The notes under the pieces are model-generated. The model searched no databases and was not told where the DNA came from. It saw nothing but the letters and a program-made list of their open reading frames with translations. Positions 59,086-64,000 of a DNA stretch of 64,000 nucleotides are shown here, one piece after another. Where the stretch lies: NCBI GenBank assembly GCA_963815115.1, contig CAWFFN010000009.1:576001-640000 (forward strand), given 5' to 3'. How positions within the stretch are numbered: the stretch's first letter is position 1; each line of letters begins with the position of its first letter. Position numbers and translations under genes: made by a program. The stretch is from an uncultured delta proteobacterium. Lineage in GTDB: Bacteria; Desulfobacterota; Binatia; DP-6.

Positions 59086-61263
59086 ATGAGCATCGAAACC
59101 AGCTTTCGCATGAGAAATGGCGCGACGTTCGACGGTGGCACTGCCCGCGCCGGCCTCCCGGGCGGCGCGCTGCGTCGCCTTCCCTGCCTTTTCGTCCCTC
59201 TGCTCGCGGTCGTGCTGGTGGGCGCCCGGCCGGTGCATGGAGCCGACCTGTGCGCGGGTGTGGTCTGCGTCTCGTCCGGCGACTGCAGCCTCCCCGGCAC
59301 CTGCGATCCCGCGACCGGCACCTGCATCCCCGGCGCTCCGAAGCCGGCGGGAATCAGGTGCAGCGAGCGGAAGACCTGCACGGTCAATGCCCGCTGCGAC
59401 GGGGCTGGGCAGTGCGTGGGTGATCCGAAGCCGGCGGGTGCGAGGTGCAGCGATCGGAACGGTTGCACCGGCAATGACCGCTGCGACGAGGCGGGCCAGT
59501 GCGTCGGTGAAGCGAAGGCGGCGGGCTCGCGCTGCAACGATGGGAACGCCTGCACGGCCCATGATCGCTGCGACGGCGCAGGCGCCTGCGTGGGAGGCGA
59601 GCCGCGATCCGAGGGCCACCGGTGCTCAACCGATGACCGCTGCGGCGATCAGAAGACCTGCCAGGCCGGCGTCTGCACACCGGCCACGGTGGTGACCTGT
59701 GCCCCTCTCGACGGCTGCCACGTTGCCGCGTGCGACCCGACGACGGGCGGGTGCTTGAACCGCGCCACGACCGACGGGACGCCGTGCGGCGACGGCACCC
59801 CGTCGACGGCACGCGATTTCTGCGTTGCCGGAGCATGTGAGACGTTGCCGCCGCCGCTGAGCTCCCTCACGGTCTCGCCCCTCGCGTTGCGTCCGGCGTT
59901 CTCGCCGTCGATTCACGACTACGCCGTCCTGTGCGACGCCGGCACCAACAGCCTCGCGCTCGGGCTCACCGCGGCGCCGGGAGCGTCCGTCTCCCTGGCC
60001 GCCCCCCTCGCCACCATGGCGGGCGGGTCGACGACGGTGATGGTCTCGCTCCAGGAGGACCAGGCCGCGGTGGTGGAGGCGACGGATGCGAGCGGAGCCG
60101 TCGAGCGCTACTGGGTTCGCTGCCTGCCTCACGACTTCCCCGTCCTCGCTGCCACGCCGCACCCCGAGGCGGGGACCCCGACCCCCGGCTGGTACCTGAT
60201 GGGCAACGCCTTCGTCGCCATCGGATCCGGGAGCTTCGCCATGGTCGTCGACGCGCAGGGCACGCCGGTGTGGTACCACCGCTCGCCGGGAGGCGCCGTC
60301 GCGGTCGAGCCCTTCCCCGACTCGACGATCGCGGTCTCCCCGCTGCTGGGGCCGGGCTTCGGCGCCGACCCGAATCGCGGGATCACGCTCTACCACCTCG
60401 ACCCCTGGACGACGGAGCCCGTGCTCGCGGTCGGGATACCCACCGATCTCCACGAGATCCGCTCGCTGCCCAACGGCAACCGGATGGTCCTGTCGTATCC
60501 GCTGAAAGCCGGCGTGGATCTCACCGGGCTGCCGGGCCTCGGACCGAACGAGACCATCGCCGACTGCGCCGTCCAGGAGCTCACGCCCGCGGGCGATCTG
60601 GTGTGGGAGTGGAGGATGACCGATCACACCGATCCGGTGAAGGAGTCGGTAGCTCCCGCCCCGACCCCCTTGGGCGCACTGACGGTCATCGACGTGTACC
60701 ACTGCAACTCGATCGACGTGAACGAGGCGGGCGACGTGCTGGTGTCCGCGCGTGAGACGGACGCCGCGTTCCTGATCTCGCGGGCGACCGGCAAGATCGT
60801 GTGGAAGCTCGGAGGCACGCCCTTCAACGCCGACGGCGCCCAGCTCATCACGATCGCGGACGATCCGGAGACCGCGTTCTTCCGGCAGCACGACGCGCGG
60901 TTCCAGCCGAACGGGAACATCTCGCTGTTCGACGATCACGGCGCGGGCTCCGGCCCGGCCCGGGGCGTCGAGTACGAGCTCGATCTCGACGCGGGCACGG
61001 CCCGGGTGGCGTGGCAGTATCAGGGCGACGCCAGCAGCTTCGCGATGGGAAGCTTCCGCCGCTACGCGGACGGCGGCAGCGTGATCGGGTGGGGTGCCTC
61101 GAACGGCGCGGAGAGCCTCGCGTTCACCGAGGTCGATGCGTCCGGCCGCAACCTCCTCGATCTCTCGTTCGTGACGTATGGCAACTGGGCGTACCGCGCC
61201 GTGAAGGTCCCTCTCGAGACCTTCGACCGCGACGTGCTGCGGAACACGGCCGGGCTGCCCTGA
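59086..61263 (+). CDS. Secreted arylsulfotransferase-like (ASST) protein with N-terminal Cys-rich repeats
   Basis: DLHE, DVYHCNSI, IVWKLGG, F.RQHDARF and SLFDD; ~29-aa Cys repeats; start uncertain. Confidence 0.8.
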   Translation: MSIETSFRMRNGATFDGGTARAGLPGGALRRLPCLFVPLLAVVLVGARPVHGADLCAGVVCVSSGDCSLPGTCDPATGTCIPGAPKPAGIRCSERKTCTVNARCDGAGQCVGDPKPAGARCSDRNGCTGNDRCDEAGQCVGEAKAAGSRCNDGNACTAHDRCDGAGACVGGEPRSEGHRCSTDDRCGDQKTCQAGVCTPATVVTCAPLDGCHVAACDPTTGGCLNRATTDGTPCGDGTPSTARDFCVAGACETLPPPLSSLTVSPLALRPAFSPSIHDYAVLCDAGTNSLALGLTAAPGASVSLAAPLATMAGGSTTVMVSLQEDQAAVVEATDASGAVERYWVRCLPHDFPVLAATPHPEAGTPTPGWYLMGNAFVAIGSGSFAMVVDAQGTPVWYHRSPGGAVAVEPFPDSTIAVSPLLGPGFGADPNRGITLYHLDPWTTEPVLAVGIPTDLHEIRSLPNGNRMVLSYPLKAGVDLTGLPGLGPNETIADCAVQELTPAGDLVWEWRMTDHTDPVKESVAPAPTPLGALTVIDVYHCNSIDVNEAGDVLVSARETDAAFLISRATGKIVWKLGGTPFNADGAQLITIADDPETAFFRQHDARFQPNGNISLFDDHGAGSGPARGVEYELDLDAGTARVAWQYQGDASSFAMGSFRRYADGGSVIGWGASNGAESLAFTEVDASGRNLLDLSFVTYGNWAYRAVKVPLETFDRDVLRNTAGLP

Positions 61264-61307
61264 GATCGTCCTGACGCCCTGAGACGCGAGCGGCCGCCCG
61301 GCCGCGG

Positions 61308-62768
61308 TCAGAACCAGGGCCGCCCCTTGGCGAGATCGCTCGACGACGGCAGCTCGCCGGCACTCCATCCGCCTCCGAGCGCGGCCACCAGCTGTACGCT
61401 GGCCGCCATCCGGCGGCCCTGGATGTTCACGGCCTGCTGCTCGTCGGTGAGCGCCGCGGCGTTCACCACGACGACGTTCAGGTAGCTCACGATGCCGCCC
61501 TCGTACTGGTTGGTCGTGAGCCGGACCGAATCCCGGGCCGCCTTGACCGCGCGGTCCTGCACTTCCGCTTCCTCCTCGAGGATGCGGAGCGCGGCCAGCT
61601 GATCCTCCACCTGCTGGAAGGCGGTGAGCACGGTCTGGCGGTAGGTGTCCACGGTCTCGTCGTAGAACGCGCGCGCCTGCTCGGTCTGCGCGGAGCGCCG
61701 GCCCGCGTCGTAGATGGTCTCGGAGACCGAAGGCCCGACCGACCAGAAGCGGCTCGGCCACATCAGCCACTTGGCGACGTCTCCGGATTCGAAGCCGCCC
61801 GAGCCGCTGATCGTGACCGTGGGGTACCAGGCGGACTTGGCGACGCCGATCTGGGCGTTGGCCGAGGCCATGTTGCGCTCGGCGGTGGCGACGTCGGGTC
61901 TGCGCTCGAGGAGATCGGACGGCACGCCGGCGGGGACCGGCGGCGGGCTGGCCGCCAGGTCGGCCGGCGGCAGCGAGAAGTCGGCGGGCGGCTTCCCGAT
62001 GAGCACGGCGATGGCGTGCTCGAGCGCCGCGCGCTGCACCCCGACGTCCACTGCCTGGGCCCGCGTGCCCTCGAGCTGGGTGAGCGCCTGTGCGACGTCG
62101 GCCCCGGACGCGATGCCGTTCTCGTGGCGGTTCTGCGTCAGCTGGACCGAGCGCTCGAAGGTCTTCGCCGTGTCCTCGAGGAGCTGCTTCTCGGCGTCGA
62201 GCGCGCGCAGCTGGAAGTAGTCCACCGCCAGCTCGGTCTGGAGGCTCAGCTGCGTGTTCGCCAGGTCGGCCGCGCTCGCCTGCGCGCCCGCCTCGTTCGA
62301 CTCCACCTGGCGGCGGATCTTGCCCCACAGATCGAGCTCCCACGAGATGCTGCCCGGGAGCGTGTAGTCCGAGGAGACGCTTCCCACGCCGAAGCCCTGT
62401 CCGCCGCGCAGCGTGCTCGACACGCGGGAGCGGGCGAACGACACGCCCACGACGGCCGTCGGGTACCAGTTGCTGCGCGCCTGCCAGACCAGGGTCCGGG
62501 CCTGCCGGAAGCGCGCTTCGGCCGCGGCGAGGTTCTGGTTGGCCCCCGGGACCTGCTCGACCAGGCCGCTCAGGACCGGATCGTCGTACAGCTCCCACCA
62601 CGCGCTGCGGAGCACGTCGTCGCGCGGCACCGCGGTCCGCCACCCCTCGACCTCCTTGAAGCCCTCGGACGTCGGCGCTTCGGGCCGCACGTAGTTCGGG
62701 CCGACGCTGCACCCGCCAGCGAGGAGCGTCACGGCCGTCAGCAGAGAGAGGACGAGAGATCGGTTCAC
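61308..62768 (-). CDS. RND efflux outer-membrane lipoprotein (NodT/OprM family)
   Basis: Lipobox LAGGC; SWELDLWG, LLERRPDV, AFQQVED and ALGGGW. Confidence 0.93.
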   Translation of the reverse strand: MNRSLVLSLLTAVTLLAGGCSVGPNYVRPEAPTSEGFKEVEGWRTAVPRDDVLRSAWWELYDDPVLSGLVEQVPGANQNLAAAEARFRQARTLVWQARSNWYPTAVVGVSFARSRVSSTLRGGQGFGVGSVSSDYTLPGSISWELDLWGKIRRQVESNEAGAQASAADLANTQLSLQTELAVDYFQLRALDAEKQLLEDTAKTFERSVQLTQNRHENGIASGADVAQALTQLEGTRAQAVDVGVQRAALEHAIAVLIGKPPADFSLPPADLAASPPPVPAGVPSDLLERRPDVATAERNMASANAQIGVAKSAWYPTVTISGSGGFESGDVAKWLMWPSRFWSVGPSVSETIYDAGRRSAQTEQARAFYDETVDTYRQTVLTAFQQVEDQLAALRILEEEAEVQDRAVKAARDSVRLTTNQYEGGIVSYLNVVVVNAAALTDEQQAVNIQGRRMAASVQLVAALGGGWSAGELPSSSDLAKGRPWF

Positions 62769-64000
62769 GGGATTCGCGCCTCCGTGGGAGCAGGGGCCCC
62801 GGGCCTGGGAGTACCCGTCAGCCGGCGCCGCACGTTGCCGCGCGCTTGCACCGTCCAGGCCCGCAGGCGGTCGAGGTAGAGATAGACGACGGGCGTGGTG
62901 AAGAGCGTGAGGGCCTGGCTGACGATGAGCCCGCCCACGATCGCGATGCCGAGCGGCCGGCGCAGCTCCGCGCCCACGCCCCGGCTGAGCGCCAGGGGCA
63001 GCGCGCCGAACATCGCCGCCAGCGTGGTCATCATGATCGGCCGGAAGCGGAGCAGGCAGGCCTCGTAGATCGCTTCCTTCGGGCCGATGTTCCGGCTGCG
63101 CTCCGCCTCGAGGGCGAAGTCGATCATCATGATCGCGTTCTTCTTGACGATGCCGATCAGCAGGATGATGCCGATCAGGCCCATCACGTTCAGCTCGATG
63201 CCGGTCAGGAGGAGCGCCAGCAGCGCGCCGACGCCGGCCGACGGCAGGGTGGAGAGGATGGTGATGGGGTGGATGTAGCTCTCGTAGAGGACGCCGAGCA
63301 CGAGGTAGACGGTGAGGAGCGCGGCCAGGATGAGGACGGGCTCGCTGCTGAGCGACGCCTGGAAGGCCTGTGCGGCGCCCTGGAAGCTGCCGTGGACGCT
63401 CTGTGGCAAGCCCAGGTCGCGCATGGCGGCGTCGATCGCGGTCACCGCGTCGCCCAGCGCCACGCCTGGCGCGAGGTTGAACGACAGGGTCACCGCCGGG
63501 AACTGGCCCTGATGGTTCACCGCCAGGTTCGTCGGGCGGGGCTCGAAGTGGGTGAAGGCGCTGAGCGGGACCTGCGTGCCGTCGGCCGAGCGTACGTACA
63601 GGTCGCGCAGGATATCCGGGTTCTGCCAGTAGCGCGGCGCCACCTCCATCACGACGTGGTACTGGTTGAGCGACGTGTACGTGATCGACACCTGACGCTG
63701 GCCGAAGGCGTCGTACAGCGTGTCGTCGAGCAGCTTCGCCGAGATGCCGAGGCGCGACGCCGTGTCCCGGTCGACCACCAGCGACGCCTCGAGCCCGCGG
63801 TCCTGCTGATCGGTGCTCACGTCGACCAGCTCCGGCATGCTGCGGAACTTGGCGAGGACCTTGTTGCCCGCCGCCGCCAGCTCCTCCACGCTTCCGGCCT
63901 GCAGCGTGTACTGGTACTGCGCGTTGCCCGGGCGTCCGCCGATGCGCAGGTCCTGCACCGCCTGAAGGAAGGTGGGCGCGCCGGGGATGCTGGCCAGCGG
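62765..64000 (-). CDS. RND efflux permease (MdtB/MdtC-like), 5' part outside the window
   Basis: LYESYIHPITILSTLPSAG, GIVKKNAIMMIDFA and RFRPIMMTT. Confidence 0.93.
   Translation of the reverse strand, partial: PLASIPGAPTFLQAVQDLRIGGRPGNAQYQYTLQAGSVEELAAAGNKVLAKFRSMPELVDVSTDQQDRGLEASLVVDRDTASRLGISAKLLDDTLYDAFGQRQVSITYTSLNQYHVVMEVAPRYWQNPDILRDLYVRSADGTQVPLSAFTHFEPRPTNLAVNHQGQFPAVTLSFNLAPGVALGDAVTAIDAAMRDLGLPQSVHGSFQGAAQAFQASLSSEPVLILAALLTVYLVLGVLYESYIHPITILSTLPSAGVGALLALLLTGIELNVMGLIGIILLIGIVKKNAIMMIDFALEAERSRNIGPKEAIYEACLLRFRPIMMTTLAAMFGALPLALSRGVGAELRRPLGIAIVGGLIVSQALTLFTTPVVYLYLDRLRAWTVQARGNVRRRLTGTPRPGAPAPTEARIP

Noticed and set aside
59-63512. Many long Arg/Ala/Pro-rich ORFs antisense to or overlapping real genes (e.g. 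1381..3678, 6792..9701, 23454..26123, 59626..62712)
   Set aside because: Shadow ORFs expected at this GC content; no motifs
1-64000. tRNA, rRNA, prophage or reverse-transcriptase (retron, DGR, group II intron) genes
   Set aside because: No cloverleaf, rRNA, phage structural or YxDD reverse-transcriptase signatures recognised

Overview
Very high-GC bacterial window. The Cys-rich, Thr-linker secreted proteins and a 'PEKRLMLAVLEDA' small protein suggest a Binatota/Deltaproteobacteria-like host (inference only). Core content: lipid and acyl-CoA metabolism, a glycosylation locus with three paralogous membrane proteins, a split imuA-imuB/dnaE2 mutasome whose dnaE2 carries a 423-aa LAGLIDADG intein, two RHH/PIN toxin-antitoxin pairs and an RND efflux system. 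The accessory hotspot is an integron (about 40265-47667) whose intI is co-oriented with, and upstream of, about 7 cassettes. Main finding: a complete ~1.23-kb IS110-family element sits exactly in the GTTAGGC core of an attC site. Its left end folds into a two-loop bridge RNA. One loop matches the reconstructed attC core target (CGCCGC-CT-AACGG) and the other matches the element's own circle junction (AGAGTAT-CT-TGTAT). This reads as an RNA-guided recombinase programmed against the integron crossover site, and the insertion leaves a GTTRRRY consensus (GTTAGAT) in place. Several frameshifts suggest uncorrected long-read errors, so pseudogene and fusion calls are tentative.
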